30,856 bases of DNA from a virus. Lineage: Duplodnaviria > Caudoviricetes. Both the position numbers and the translations under genes were made by a program. Shown here in pieces: positions 15,459 through 25,648 of this stretch (its first letter is position 1; each line of letters opens with the position of its first letter). Location: positions 1-30,856 of the IMG/VR virus record IMGVR_UViG_3300031647_000036; one strand, given 5' to 3'. Below the pieces are notes generated by a model. It worked only from the letters and a program-made list of their open reading frames with translations, was not told where the DNA came from and ran no database searches.

Positions 15459-15938
15459 ATGAGTATAGAAGCAAATATCGGAATCCGGGGATATTATAAA
15501 TTAACGCAGGAAATAAAAAATGCGTTATTAGAAGATATAAATATTAACACAGTCACCACCGGAGACATAACTGACGTAAATTTAAACAAACAGGATATTT
15601 TTCCATTGGGACATATTATTGTAAATAACGTAGTTGATGACAGGCAGGTCCTTCGATTTAGTATAAGTATTTTAGCTTGCGACCTTGTAAATTATTCAAA
15701 GACAGAAACAATAGACAAATTTGTAGGAAATAATAATCTGCAGGACGTTTTAAATACTCAATTATCAGTATTAAATAAATTAACCCAAAGATTAAGATTA
15801 GGCGATTTGTACACAGATATGTTTCAGGTTGAAGGTACTTCATCAATGGTTCCGTTTTTTGATCGTTTTGAAAATCAACTTGCCGGATGGACCTGCACTT
15901 TAGATGTTTTAGTTTATAACGATATTTTAATTTGCTAA
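15459..15938 (+). CDS. Probable tail terminator/completion protein
   Basis: 159 aa, FPLGHI...AGW pattern; inferred mostly from size and context. Confidence 0.5.
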   Translation: MSIEANIGIRGYYKLTQEIKNALLEDININTVTTGDITDVNLNKQDIFPLGHIIVNNVVDDRQVLRFSISILACDLVNYSKTETIDKFVGNNNLQDVLNTQLSVLNKLTQRLRLGDLYTDMFQVEGTSSMVPFFDRFENQLAGWTCTLDVLVYNDILIC

Positions 15939-15939
15939 A

Positions 15940-16482
15940 ATGAACACGAAGAGATTAGAAGCTGTTTTAAGCACTTTTGCTAGCAATGTGGTACAAGAGG
16001 CTAAGAACAACCTTAAAAGTGACGTAAACAAGTACGGACAGAACAAAGCAGGGGGTGATTTGTATAATACAATGACCTATAATGTACAAACTGAAAAAGA
16101 TTTTTTTTTAATTGATTTTTTAATGGAGCCTTACGGTAAATTTGTAGACAAAGGAGTTCAAGGAAAAACTTCGACTTATCCGGCTTCAGCACTTTCTGAT
16201 TTTCGTTATGGAAGTGGAACAGGTCCAAAAGAAGGGTTGAAAAAAGGAGTTACCAAATGGCTTAATAAAAAGAAATTTCAATGGCGTACAGAGTTGGGTA
16301 GATTTATGTCTTACGAAACAATGTCGTGGTTAATTGCTAGGAGCATTTACAATAAAGGTATTGAAGCAAACCATTTTTTCACTAAACCTTTTGATCAACT
16401 TTTAGAAGATTTACCAAAAGAAATGGTAGAGGGTTTTTTCTTAGACGTAGAAGACGCAATAATATTAGGAACAAAAAAATAA
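15940..16482 (+). CDS. Probable neck/tail-completion protein (HK97 gp10-like)
   Basis: Basic; GDLYNT...YGKFVDKG...IARSI..KGI....FF. Confidence 0.55.
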   Translation: MNTKRLEAVLSTFASNVVQEAKNNLKSDVNKYGQNKAGGDLYNTMTYNVQTEKDFFLIDFLMEPYGKFVDKGVQGKTSTYPASALSDFRYGSGTGPKEGLKKGVTKWLNKKKFQWRTELGRFMSYETMSWLIARSIYNKGIEANHFFTKPFDQLLEDLPKEMVEGFFLDVEDAIILGTKK

Positions 16483-16485
16483 ACA

Positions 16486-17499
16486 ATGGCAAATATAGCA
16501 TTAAGAAGTCCACAGTATAAAACCAAGTCTACATCGGCATCTGCTAATTCAATACAATTAACTTTAACAATTGATGGAACTCTAAGGTACACGGTAAATA
16601 AAAATAGAGCAACGGTTTTAAATGGTGTGTTTGAAATAGCTGAATTGTGCAGGGATTACTTGACAATAAGTTATAGTTCTAATAACTTTCCCCAAAAAAT
16701 AAATATTACTACAACCCTGACTGCTTATACAGGTTTAAATGGAGAGGGTAGTGTAGTCGGCAGCCCTACTGTTTTTACAGATGTTGGGTGGGAAGCTTAT
16801 GGCCTTTATATTGACGGTGCTAATCCTGTAAACCCTGTAAATACTTTTCTAGGTACTTGGTTAATTGCACCAATAAAATCAGAATCTTATTTCGTTAGAG
16901 ATTTTGAAATATTTGTACCTATTGGCGAGGGTGGTTTTATTTCAGGAATGAATGGTGGAGGTGTTAGTTCTTCTTATGCTTACACTTCAGCATCGACAAG
17001 TATTTCGGCAGGTTCTGCTATTAGTGAAGATTTAAAAATAACTCGCATAAATTGCAGTAAATACGGAAACGGAAGAAAGATAAATTTTATTAATAAATAC
17101 GGTGTAGCGCAAGACCTTTGGTTTTCTTTAAAAGAAGTTCAAAAACTTAGCAGAAAAAACGAAACGTATCAATCAAACACAATTCGTTTTGATGACCCTG
17201 ACCCATATTACATAGTAAATGATGCACCTGTAAAAACCTTTAATACACAGGCTAAAAAATCTTATACTTTAAATTCAGGTTATTATCCTGAAGGTGCGGT
17301 TGAATATTTTGAACAGTTACTTTTAAGTGAGTACGTTTGGATGGTAGTTTACAATAAGAGAAATCCTGCATCAGAAATTGTAATACCTGTACGTGTTAAG
17401 TCTTCAAATATAGAATTAAAAAAATCTATAAATGACAAGTTAATAAATTACACAATTGAATTTGAAGATGCGTTTGATTACATAAATAACATACGATAA
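16486..17499 (+). CDS. Virion structural protein (distal tail region)
   Basis: 337 aa, beta-rich; located in the tail module. Confidence 0.6.
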   Translation: MANIALRSPQYKTKSTSASANSIQLTLTIDGTLRYTVNKNRATVLNGVFEIAELCRDYLTISYSSNNFPQKINITTTLTAYTGLNGEGSVVGSPTVFTDVGWEAYGLYIDGANPVNPVNTFLGTWLIAPIKSESYFVRDFEIFVPIGEGGFISGMNGGGVSSSYAYTSASTSISAGSAISEDLKITRINCSKYGNGRKINFINKYGVAQDLWFSLKEVQKLSRKNETYQSNTIRFDDPDPYYIVNDAPVKTFNTQAKKSYTLNSGYYPEGAVEYFEQLLLSEYVWMVVYNKRNPASEIVIPVRVKSSNIELKKSINDKLINYTIEFEDAFDYINNIR

Positions 17500-17515
17500 C
17501 ATAGAAATAACATAG

Positions 17516-19666
17516 ATGCAAAAATTACAATTGTATATTGAGGGGCAAAGGTTGGATTTATTCAAAGATGAAAGCGTTTCGTTAACAGAAACAATTCAAA
17601 ATGTCAAAGATGTTTCTAAGATTTTTACATCGTTTACAAAAACATTTTCGCTGCCTGCAAGTAAGGTAAATAATAAGATTTTTAAACACTATTATAATTT
17701 TGATATTGTAGGGGGGTTTGATGCGAGAATTAAAAAAGATGGTAGAATAGAATTAAATACAATTCCATATAAAACAGGTAGAATAAAACTCGAAGGCGTT
17801 GAATTAAAAAACAATGTTGCTCATACTTATAATATTACTTTCTTTGGTAATACGGTAGAATTACCTGATATTTTAGGCGAAGATAAATTAGGTTCTTTAT
17901 TTTTTTCAAGTTCAGATTATAGCATACCTTATACATCTGCAAACATAAAATCATATATGGGTGAGGTTGGTGACAGTAAGATCATAGCGCCATTAATTAC
18001 TCATACGGATGGAATTTATTATAATTCAGGTGAAGACGTAGCAGGAACTAATAATGTTAGTTTTAGTAATGGAGTGGTTAAGGGGCTTAAATGGGACCAA
18101 TTAAAATTTGCTATTAGATTGTATGAATTAATCTTAGAGATTGAGGCAAAGTATAACATTGCAGAGGGTTACTCGACTAACATAGTTTTTTCAAGAGATT
18201 TTTTCAATGTATCAAATCCTAGTTTTTACAACTTATATATGTGGTTACATCGTAAAAGTGGAGCAGTACAACCTGCGCAACAGGTGGCGTCTATTACAAG
18301 TCAAGTTGCTTTTGCAACACCTTCTCCGGCGAATGCTCATTTAATATCAACGGGCGCTAATATTATTACTCCTGCTGATATGTTAACCTATCCTAATAGA
18401 GTTATAACTAATAGCCTAAGTTTTACAACTACAAGTAGTACAGCTTATGTAGTAAATGTAACTTTAAACGGAAGCCCGTATTGGCAATCAACAAGTGCTT
18501 CAGGAAACCAAACTTTTACAAATCAATTTGCTTTAGTAGGAAACGGAGTTTTTAATATTTTTGTTACAGCAGCGGCATCTATTTCTTTCACAAATGTGGA
18601 ATGGGAGTTTGACGGGGTTTATTATTTTGTTCAAGGTGGTAGCGCAAGTTTTTACACAGATACAGTAACTACAACTTCTTTTCAGATTACAAACGATTTT
18701 GATTTTTTAGTAAAAGAACAAATACCTGATGTTACTATAATGTCATTTCTTACAGGGCTGTTTAAAATGTTTAATTTAGTGGCTTATGTAGATGAAATAG
18801 GGACAATAGTAGTGAGACCTTTAGAGGCAGATAGTTCTTCTGTCTATGGAGCAGCAGGGAATTTATCGTATTATACAGATTCAGATATTAGCGGAAATGA
18901 TGCACCGATAAATTATAATATTTCTTCATTTATTGATACTAATAAAAACAAAGTAAACGTAGCTTTACCTTACAATGAAATTGTTTATGGATATGAGGGT
19001 ACAGGTAGTATTTTAGCTAAACAACATAATCAATTAGCAGGTAGCAATTGGGGAGCGTTAAGTTATTCAGGTGACCCACAAGGTCAAACAGGGGGTGTGA
19101 ATTATAATGCTTCTACCGAGATTTATAAAGTTTTAGTACCATTTGAGCATTTTAAATACGAAAGGTTAATTAACGTCACAGGTAGCGTTGACACAACAAT
19201 TCAATGGGGTTATTCTGTAAATGAAAATCAACAACCATACATAGGGAAACCTTTAATTTTTTACGCTATATATAGAATCGGAGGAATGACTCCAATTTCA
19301 TTGGTTACAAGTGCAACTACTGTTACTCAGGTATTAGGATATACGATACCATCAAATAGTATATATATAAGTGCGCAATATCAGGGCAGAGAAAACATAA
19401 ATTTCAATAATGAAATAAACGAATACACTAGAACAAATGAGTTTAGCGACACTTTATTTTCAGCCTATCATTCTCCATATATTATAGATGTTTTTAACTC
19501 TAGCAGGAGAATAACCAAGGTAACATCATATTTACCGTTAAGAATATTATTTGATTTTAAACTAAATGATACTTTTGAAATAAACTCACAAAAATATATT
19601 ATTAACTCAATCACTACAAATCTACAAAGTGGAAAAAGTGATATGGAATTATTAAACAAGGTATGA
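17516..19666 (+). CDS. Tail tip/baseplate hub-like protein
   Basis: 716 aa; N-terminal LDLF...SFTKTFSLPASKVNNKIF; beta-rich insert; precedes the tape measure. Confidence 0.65.
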   Translation: MQKLQLYIEGQRLDLFKDESVSLTETIQNVKDVSKIFTSFTKTFSLPASKVNNKIFKHYYNFDIVGGFDARIKKDGRIELNTIPYKTGRIKLEGVELKNNVAHTYNITFFGNTVELPDILGEDKLGSLFFSSSDYSIPYTSANIKSYMGEVGDSKIIAPLITHTDGIYYNSGEDVAGTNNVSFSNGVVKGLKWDQLKFAIRLYELILEIEAKYNIAEGYSTNIVFSRDFFNVSNPSFYNLYMWLHRKSGAVQPAQQVASITSQVAFATPSPANAHLISTGANIITPADMLTYPNRVITNSLSFTTTSSTAYVVNVTLNGSPYWQSTSASGNQTFTNQFALVGNGVFNIFVTAAASISFTNVEWEFDGVYYFVQGGSASFYTDTVTTTSFQITNDFDFLVKEQIPDVTIMSFLTGLFKMFNLVAYVDEIGTIVVRPLEADSSSVYGAAGNLSYYTDSDISGNDAPINYNISSFIDTNKNKVNVALPYNEIVYGYEGTGSILAKQHNQLAGSNWGALSYSGDPQGQTGGVNYNASTEIYKVLVPFEHFKYERLINVTGSVDTTIQWGYSVNENQQPYIGKPLIFYAIYRIGGMTPISLVTSATTVTQVLGYTIPSNSIYISAQYQGRENINFNNEINEYTRTNEFSDTLFSAYHSPYIIDVFNSSRRITKVTSYLPLRILFDFKLNDTFEINSQKYIINSITTNLQSGKSDMELLNKV

Positions 19667-19800
19667 TAAAAAATATATTAGATTTACTAAAGATTGCAAA
19701 CGGAGAGACTGAGAATATTAAAATTGCTCAGGGAAAATACGGATTACCAACAAATGTAAAAGACGCTTTTAAAAAGATTAAAAACAATATCAAATGGTAG
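19663..19800 (+). CDS. 45-aa hypothetical protein (not in ORF track)
   Basis: MIKNILDLLKIANGETENIKIAQGKYGLPTNVKDAFKKIKNNIKW; overlaps both neighbours. Confidence 0.7.
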   Translation: MIKNILDLLKIANGETENIKIAQGKYGLPTNVKDAFKKIKNNIKW

Positions 19801-21944
19801 AAAAAGATTACACGGTAAAAGTTTCCACGGCGGATGCAGTCAAAAATGTTGACAAACTTACAAAGGCTGTAGAAGAACAAAATGATGAATTGCTGATAAT
19901 GGAAGGGAAATTATTGGATGCGGAAAGGGCTTTATCAAAATTAGGTCCTAAACAATTAAACCGTATTAAAGATACTAAAGATTATATTAAGCAATTAAAG
20001 CAAAAAATAACACTAGAAAAAAAAGGTGCTAAATTACTTTCTGCTTCACAAAAAAAGGCTACAAGAGATTTAGTAAATGCTAAAAAAGCTAGTGTAGATT
20101 ATTCAGGAGTTGTTGGAAAATTAGATGCTCAAACCGGGGGTCTAATTTCAGGATTTAGCGGAATGGTAAAGGGGTTGAAAAATGCAACCAAAGGTTTTAA
20201 GACAATGAAACTTGCAATAATTTCTACCGGCCTAGGTGCTTTAGTTGTTGTTATGGGGGCTTTATACGCTGCTTTTACAAGTTCAGAAGAGGGCCAAAAA
20301 AAGTGGGCCGCAGTTATGGAAGTTGTTGGGGCGGTTGTTTCTGTTTTTAAAGATAGGTTAGCTGCTTTAGGAAGTGGTTTAATTAGCTTATTTACGGAGC
20401 CTATTGAAACTTTAAAAGGTTTTGGTAAAAGTATAAAGGAATTTGTAATGGATAAGGTAGAACAGGCCGTTGAAGGTTTAGGCTTTATGGGTTCTGCAAT
20501 ATCAAAATTATTTAAAGGTAATCTTACAGGGGCCTTAAATGATGCTTCAAAAGGTGTTTTACAATTAAACAGGGCTTTGAATCCTGCGGTAATGATCGTA
20601 GAGGCAATGGTTGAAGGAACAAAAAAATTAGTAACAGAACTTACAAAGGAAGCCAAGGTTGCGCTAATGATTGCAGCAGACAAAAAAAAGGCCCATAAAA
20701 TTGAAAATGAATTAATTACAGAAAGAGCAATTGCAGAAAGAGACAGGCAGTCACTTTTAGATAAGGCAGCAAAAAAAGACATTTATTCTGCAGCACAAAG
20801 AATTAAATTTTTAGAAGAAGCAGGAAAAGTTGAAGATAAAATTAATGAAAAACAAATAAAACTTGCAAAATTAAAACTTAAAACACAACAAGATTTAAAC
20901 GAACAAGGTTTAAGTGATAAAAAAGATATTAAAGCAGAACTTGAATTAAAGGCGCAATTGATAAACTTAGAGACTCAAAGGCTTGTAAAAGCTAAACAGC
21001 TTTCTAGTCAATTAGTATCAGTTAGAAAAGAAGAGGCTGCAAGAATACAACAAATAGATGATGAGGCAGATGCGAAAGCGTTAGCAATTCAAGATTTTAA
21101 AGATAGTCTTAGAATAAAAGACAAAGAAAATAAATTTGCTGATATTGAGGCAGAAAGAGAAGACAGGATTAAGGAATTAGAAGAACTAAGGGTTAGCAAA
21201 ACACTAAAAGAACAAATGCTTTTAGATATTGAAGCCTCTTTTAAGGAAAAGAAAAAGGTAATTGAAGATGAGGCAAAAGTAATTGAAGATGAAAAACTCG
21301 CTGCTTTTTTAGAAAAAGAAACAGAGGAAAAAGAAATTGCTTTAGAAGATGAAAAACAGGCTGCTTTAGATAAGGCAAAAAGGCTAGGCGCGTCCAAAAA
21401 ACAACTGCTTCAGATTGAAACCAATTATGTTAATCAGATTGCAGATGCAGAAGATGCAGCTAATGATGCAAAATTAGAGATGGCTAAAAAAACCCTAGGT
21501 GGAATTGCGGCTGCTTTAGGTGAAAACTCAAAAGCAGGTAAGGCAGCAGCGGCTGCTTCAGCATTAATAAATACCTATCAGGGTATAACCGCCGAATTGG
21601 CTACAAAAACGGCAACACCTTTTGGTTTTGCAATGAAGTTGGTAAATATAGCTACAACTGCCGCTATTGGTTTTAAATCTGTGAAAAGTATTTTAGCAAC
21701 AAACCCATCTTCAGGAGGTGGAAACGCTACTAATCCGGGGGCCGGTGCTGCGATGGCTACAGCAGAACCTGTACCTCCGCAACCGCCTGCTTTTAATGTG
21801 GTGGGGGCAAGTGATACTAATCAATTGGCCGATGCAATAGGAGGCCAAGCACAGCAACCTGTTCAGGCTTTTGTTGTTTCAGGTGACGTTACAACGGCTC
21901 AAAGTCTAGAAAGAAACATTATACAGGGAGCAACAATTGGGTAA
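19794..21944 (+). CDS. Tape measure protein
   Basis: 716 aa, Ala/Lys/Glu-rich helical with hydrophobic segment AIISTGLGALVV. Confidence 0.8.
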   Translation: MVEKDYTVKVSTADAVKNVDKLTKAVEEQNDELLIMEGKLLDAERALSKLGPKQLNRIKDTKDYIKQLKQKITLEKKGAKLLSASQKKATRDLVNAKKASVDYSGVVGKLDAQTGGLISGFSGMVKGLKNATKGFKTMKLAIISTGLGALVVVMGALYAAFTSSEEGQKKWAAVMEVVGAVVSVFKDRLAALGSGLISLFTEPIETLKGFGKSIKEFVMDKVEQAVEGLGFMGSAISKLFKGNLTGALNDASKGVLQLNRALNPAVMIVEAMVEGTKKLVTELTKEAKVALMIAADKKKAHKIENELITERAIAERDRQSLLDKAAKKDIYSAAQRIKFLEEAGKVEDKINEKQIKLAKLKLKTQQDLNEQGLSDKKDIKAELELKAQLINLETQRLVKAKQLSSQLVSVRKEEAARIQQIDDEADAKALAIQDFKDSLRIKDKENKFADIEAEREDRIKELEELRVSKTLKEQMLLDIEASFKEKKKVIEDEAKVIEDEKLAAFLEKETEEKEIALEDEKQAALDKAKRLGASKKQLLQIETNYVNQIADAEDAANDAKLEMAKKTLGGIAAALGENSKAGKAAAAASALINTYQGITAELATKTATPFGFAMKLVNIATTAAIGFKSVKSILATNPSSGGGNATNPGAGAAMATAEPVPPQPPAFNVVGASDTNQLADAIGGQAQQPVQAFVVSGDVTTAQSLERNIIQGATIG

Positions 21945-21950
21945 CAAATA

Positions 21951-21976
21951 CAAAAATAAGTTTTAAATACGTTATA
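21951..21976 (+). promoter_or_regulatory. Putative late promoter L3
   Basis: CAAA at 21951, CGTTATA at 21970. Confidence 0.7.
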
Positions 21977-21981
21977 ATGAT

Positions 21982-22590
21982 ATGCAAATAATAGAATTAG
22001 TTTTAGACGAAGAAAATGAAGATGCAGGAATTGACTGTATAGCAATTGTAGAAAATCCGGCCATTGAGTCCAATTTTGTTGCTTTAAAAAAGCAGGAATC
22101 TATACAACTTGCTGAAGTTGATAAAGAAAAAAGGTTATTAATGGGCGCATTATTAATCCCAAATAAACCAATTTATAGAAATGGCCCGGACGGAGAAGAA
22201 TATTATATTTTTTTCAGTAAAGAAACTATTGCAAAGGCTTCACAAATGTACTTGCAAAATGGCAATCAATCAAATTCAAATATAGAACACGGAGAAAAAG
22301 ATTTACAAGGTTTGACTTTAGTTGAAACTTGGTTGGTGGCCGATGAAAAAATGGACAAATCTAGAGTTTACGGAATCGATGTTCCTGTAGGTACTTGGAT
22401 GGGGGCCGTTAAAGTCAATAATGAGGAAGTTTGGAATAATTATGTGAAAACGGGTAAGGTAAAGGCTTTTAGTATTGAAGGATATTTCATTGATAAAATG
22501 GAACAGAAATCAAAAGTAAAAGAGGACCTAGAATTATCTGAAGATTTAATGATTGACAAAATAAAAGACATTTTAAATAAAAAAAATTAA
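21982..22590 (+). CDS. Prohead serine protease (XkdF-like)
   Basis: EKRLLMGALLIPN, NIEH, VETW, GTW, GKVKAFSIEG. Confidence 0.85.
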   Translation: MQIIELVLDEENEDAGIDCIAIVENPAIESNFVALKKQESIQLAEVDKEKRLLMGALLIPNKPIYRNGPDGEEYYIFFSKETIAKASQMYLQNGNQSNSNIEHGEKDLQGLTLVETWLVADEKMDKSRVYGIDVPVGTWMGAVKVNNEEVWNNYVKTGKVKAFSIEGYFIDKMEQKSKVKEDLELSEDLMIDKIKDILNKKN

Positions 22591-22751
22591 TGGGTCAAGA
22601 AAAAAGAAAACCGGGTTTTATACCAAGTAGAACATCACCCACTAATAGCGGCAGGGCCTGTCTTTGTTGGGACACAAACACTTATTCTAGAAAATGTTGT
22701 GATGGCTCTATTCAAGCGCAAGGCATTGGAGTTATATCTAGAACAGACTGA
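22590..22751 (+). CDS. 53-aa Cys-rich protein (not in ORF track)
   Basis: ...SRTSPTNSGRACLCWDTNTYSRKCCDGSIQAQGIG...; TAATG coupling to the protease. Confidence 0.7.
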   Translation: MGQEKRKPGFIPSRTSPTNSGRACLCWDTNTYSRKCCDGSIQAQGIGVISRTD

Positions 22752-22756
22752 AAATA

Positions 22757-22782
22757 CAAAATCTAAATTAAAAACCGTTATA
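22757..22782 (+). promoter_or_regulatory. Putative late promoter L4
   Basis: CAAA at 22757, CGTTATA at 22776. Confidence 0.7.
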
Positions 22783-22791
22783 TTAATAATT

Positions 22792-23460
22792 ATGAAAAGT
22801 AAATTAAATCAAATTAAAGAACTTCTAAACATTCAGGTTAAACTTGAAGAAATGAAGTTAGAAAATGGTACTATAGTTAGTGCAGATTCTTTTGAAAAGG
22901 ACAGCGAATTATTTATCGTTACCGATGATCAACAAGTTGCTATGCCTGTGGGAGAATATATTCTTGAGGATGGCCGTTTATTAGTTGTTTCTGAAGAAGG
23001 TATTATTGCAGACATTAGAGACGTTGCAGACGAAGCTACACCTAAAGAGGGTGAAGAAGTTACCGAAGACCTAGAAGAAAAAGAAAATTACGAAGGGGAC
23101 CATCCGGAAGACGAAAAGAAAGAAGACGAAAAGGAATTGGAAGAAGAAGCAGATGTTGCAGATTGGAAGGGTATGGAAAAAAGGATCCAAAATCTTGAAG
23201 ATGCAATTGCTGATTTAAAAGGTGATAAAGAATCTAAAATGGAAGAAATGCCGGAAGAGCCTAAAGTTGGTGAAGAGGTAAACGTTTTAAAGTCTAGAAC
23301 CGTAAAAGAAGAATTTTCTGAAGTTTTAGAGCCTGCAGTTTCTTCAATTAAAGCAAACCCTGAATCTAAATCTGTTCAAAAGAAAAAAGTTGAATTTGTA
23401 CACAATAAAATGGGTGCAACTACAATGGATAAAATATTACACAGATTAGCCAATAAATAA
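22792..23460 (+). CDS. Capsid scaffolding protein
   Basis: Very acidic with coiled coil; between protease and capsid; ATG at 22792 preferred. Confidence 0.7.
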   Translation: MKSKLNQIKELLNIQVKLEEMKLENGTIVSADSFEKDSELFIVTDDQQVAMPVGEYILEDGRLLVVSEEGIIADIRDVADEATPKEGEEVTEDLEEKENYEGDHPEDEKKEDEKELEEEADVADWKGMEKRIQNLEDAIADLKGDKESKMEEMPEEPKVGEEVNVLKSRTVKEEFSEVLEPAVSSIKANPESKSVQKKKVEFVHNKMGATTMDKILHRLANK

Positions 23461-23485
23461 TATAAACAGTAAAATAAAAATAAAA

Positions 23486-24463
23486 ATGAGTAATTTAAAA
23501 AATGTAAAATTAGCAACAGCTACAAATATTACTACAACTTATGCAGGAGAATTTGCAGGTGAGTATATTGCAGCGGCTTTATTATCTGCATCAACTATTG
23601 ATGACGGAGGATTAACTGTAAAAGCAAACATCGCTTTCAAAGAAGTAATTAAGAAATTAGCTACAGGTGCTTTAGTTCAAGCAGCGGCTTGTGACTTTTC
23701 ACCAAACAGTTCTGTAACTTTAACTGAAAGAATAATTCAACCGGTAGAGTTGATGGTTAACCTTCAATTATGTAAATATGATTTCGTGAACGATTGGGAA
23801 AGTCAATCAATGGGCTTCGGTTTAGGTCAAACTTTACCTCCTAAGTTTTCTGACTTTATGATTGCACACGTTGCATCAGAGGTTGCACAAAATACTGAGT
23901 TTAATATTTGGCAAGGTGATACAGCAGCAGCTACAAACAATTCTTTTGATGGTTTTGAAAAATTAATCGCAACGGCAGTAGCAGCAGGAGATGTTCCGGC
24001 AGCACAGGCAATTGGTGGTGGTGTAGCTTTAACGGCTTTAAATATTATTGAAAAATTATCTGACGTTGTAACGGCAATTCCTGCACAACTTTATGGTAAA
24101 GAAGATTTGTTTATTTACATCGGAAGCAAAGCAGCTAAATTATACGTTCAGGCGTTAGGTGGATTTGCAGCAAATGGTTTAGGAGCAAATGGTGTTTCTA
24201 ATATGGGTACGCAATGGTGGAACAATGGTTCTTTAACTGTAAATGGTGTAAAAATATTTGTTGGTCAAGGATTATCTGACGATAAAATGTATGCAGCACA
24301 ACGTTCTAATTTATATTTCGGAACAGGTTTGTTAAATTCGACACAAGAAGTTAAGGTCTTGGATATGAGCGATTTAGATGCATCAAATAACGCGAGAATC
24401 GTTATGAGGTTTACAAGTGCAGTTCAATTTGGAATCGCTTCTGATATTGTTTCTTATACTTAG
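23486..24463 (+). CDS. Major capsid protein
   Basis: 325 aa, Ala/Gly-rich; after the scaffold; followed by a strong terminator; IWQGD...FDGF pattern. Confidence 0.85.
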   Translation: MSNLKNVKLATATNITTTYAGEFAGEYIAAALLSASTIDDGGLTVKANIAFKEVIKKLATGALVQAAACDFSPNSSVTLTERIIQPVELMVNLQLCKYDFVNDWESQSMGFGLGQTLPPKFSDFMIAHVASEVAQNTEFNIWQGDTAAATNNSFDGFEKLIATAVAAGDVPAAQAIGGGVALTALNIIEKLSDVVTAIPAQLYGKEDLFIYIGSKAAKLYVQALGGFAANGLGANGVSNMGTQWWNNGSLTVNGVKIFVGQGLSDDKMYAAQRSNLYFGTGLLNSTQEVKVLDMSDLDASNNARIVMRFTSAVQFGIASDIVSYT

Positions 24464-24483
24464 AATTAATTAATATTAAAAAC

Positions 24484-24516
24484 AGGGTAGGTGGTTCGTC
24501 TACTTACCCTTTTTTT
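24484..24516 (+). terminator. Intrinsic terminator after capsid
   Basis: AGGGTAGGTGG-loop-CTACTTACCCT followed by a T-tract. Confidence 0.88.
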
Positions 24517-24569
24517 ATTCAATACAACTTGTTGAAAATCAACAGTTTAACTAAAAAAAAATAAAAATT

Positions 24570-25112
24570 ATGGCTTGTTTATTAACTACCGGTAGAAAAA
24601 TTCCTTGTAAAAGTGGATTTGGAGGTATTAAAACCGTTTATTTTGCGGATTATGGCACAATTGCCTCAATAACACTTGACGCAGACAATTTAGCAACTAT
24701 TGTTAATGGTTCACCTGCACCTGTTTGGTTTGAATATAATGTTAAAGGGGCTTCTAGTCTTGAAACTACTGTTACCTCTAGTAGAGATAATGGTACGACA
24801 TTTTATACCCAAACATTAAATTTAACATTAACTTTCTTAGACTCTAAAACGCAAGCAGAATTGCAATTACTTGCAGTATCTAGACCTTATGCGGTAGTTG
24901 AGGACTACTACGGTAACAACTTCCTTTTGGGCCTTGAAAATGGTATGGAATTAACGGGGGGAACAGTAGTGACAGGAGCAGCTGCAGGAGATTTAACAGG
25001 TTTCACTTTGACGTTCGAAGGAATGGAAGAAAGAGCGCCTTATTTCTTAGCGGCAGCAGTTACGCCTTCAACAGATTTAATTGACCCAACACCTGCCGGA
25101 GTACCTGCTTAA
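24570..25112 (+). CDS. Major tail tube protein (probable)
   Basis: 180 aa, Thr/Gly-rich beta protein; GTTFYTQTL, GFTLTFEGME; has its own terminator. Confidence 0.7.
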   Translation: MACLLTTGRKIPCKSGFGGIKTVYFADYGTIASITLDADNLATIVNGSPAPVWFEYNVKGASSLETTVTSSRDNGTTFYTQTLNLTLTFLDSKTQAELQLLAVSRPYAVVEDYYGNNFLLGLENGMELTGGTVVTGAAAGDLTGFTLTFEGMEERAPYFLAAAVTPSTDLIDPTPAGVPA

Positions 25113-25134
25113 AAAGCAATGTATTCTTTTAAAT

Positions 25135-25168
25135 AAAAAAGCATCCAAATATGGGTGCTTTTTTTTTT
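25135..25168 (+). terminator. Intrinsic terminator (possibly bidirectional)
   Basis: A6-GCATCCA-AATA-TGGGTGC followed by a T-tract. Confidence 0.85.
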
Positions 25169-25182
25169 GCTTATTGATTTTA

Positions 25183-25208
25183 CAAATTGCTTGTTTTTTA
25201 CCGTTATA
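25183..25208 (+). promoter_or_regulatory. Putative late promoter L5
   Basis: CAAA at 25183, CGTTATA at 25202, right after a terminator. Confidence 0.7.
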
Positions 25209-25214
25209 TAAGTA

Positions 25215-25646
25215 ATGATTATATTAAAGACATCAACAACGGCACAAACAATATCAGTAATTCCAAGAGAATACTCGGATTCGTTTACTATGACTATCAG
25301 AGATGACAGTACCAATGTTACTAAACAATATGATATAACAGGTGCTACAACCTCGAATAATTACTTAAATTTTGACAATATATTTAATCCTGTCTTAGTT
25401 AAAAATCATTACTTTGACTTAAAACTTTATATTAATTATAATTTTTGGAATACAAATTACAGTTTTTGGAATTTTTATGAGGTTAAATGGAACACAGACG
25501 ATGGCCAAAATATAGATATTTACAATGACAAAATTTTCTGTACAGACCAAGACATAAACCAATTAAATGGCAATGATCACTATCAATTAAATAAAGGCGA
25601 ATACGTACATTATAACGGATTTGATAATACATACCAAGTACCATAA
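25215..25646 (+). CDS. Virion structural protein (head-tail region, function uncertain)
   Basis: 143 aa upstream of the portal. Confidence 0.6.
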   Translation: MIILKTSTTAQTISVIPREYSDSFTMTIRDDSTNVTKQYDITGATTSNNYLNFDNIFNPVLVKNHYFDLKLYINYNFWNTNYSFWNFYEVKWNTDDGQNIDIYNDKIFCTDQDINQLNGNDHYQLNKGEYVHYNGFDNTYQVP

Positions 25647-25648
25647 AT

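Noticed and set aside
22699-22791. Upstream start extensions in the track (22699, 11311, 2749, 7954)
   Set aside because: They overlap upstream genes or promoter motifs; ATGs at 22792, 11350, 2788 and 7960 fit better.
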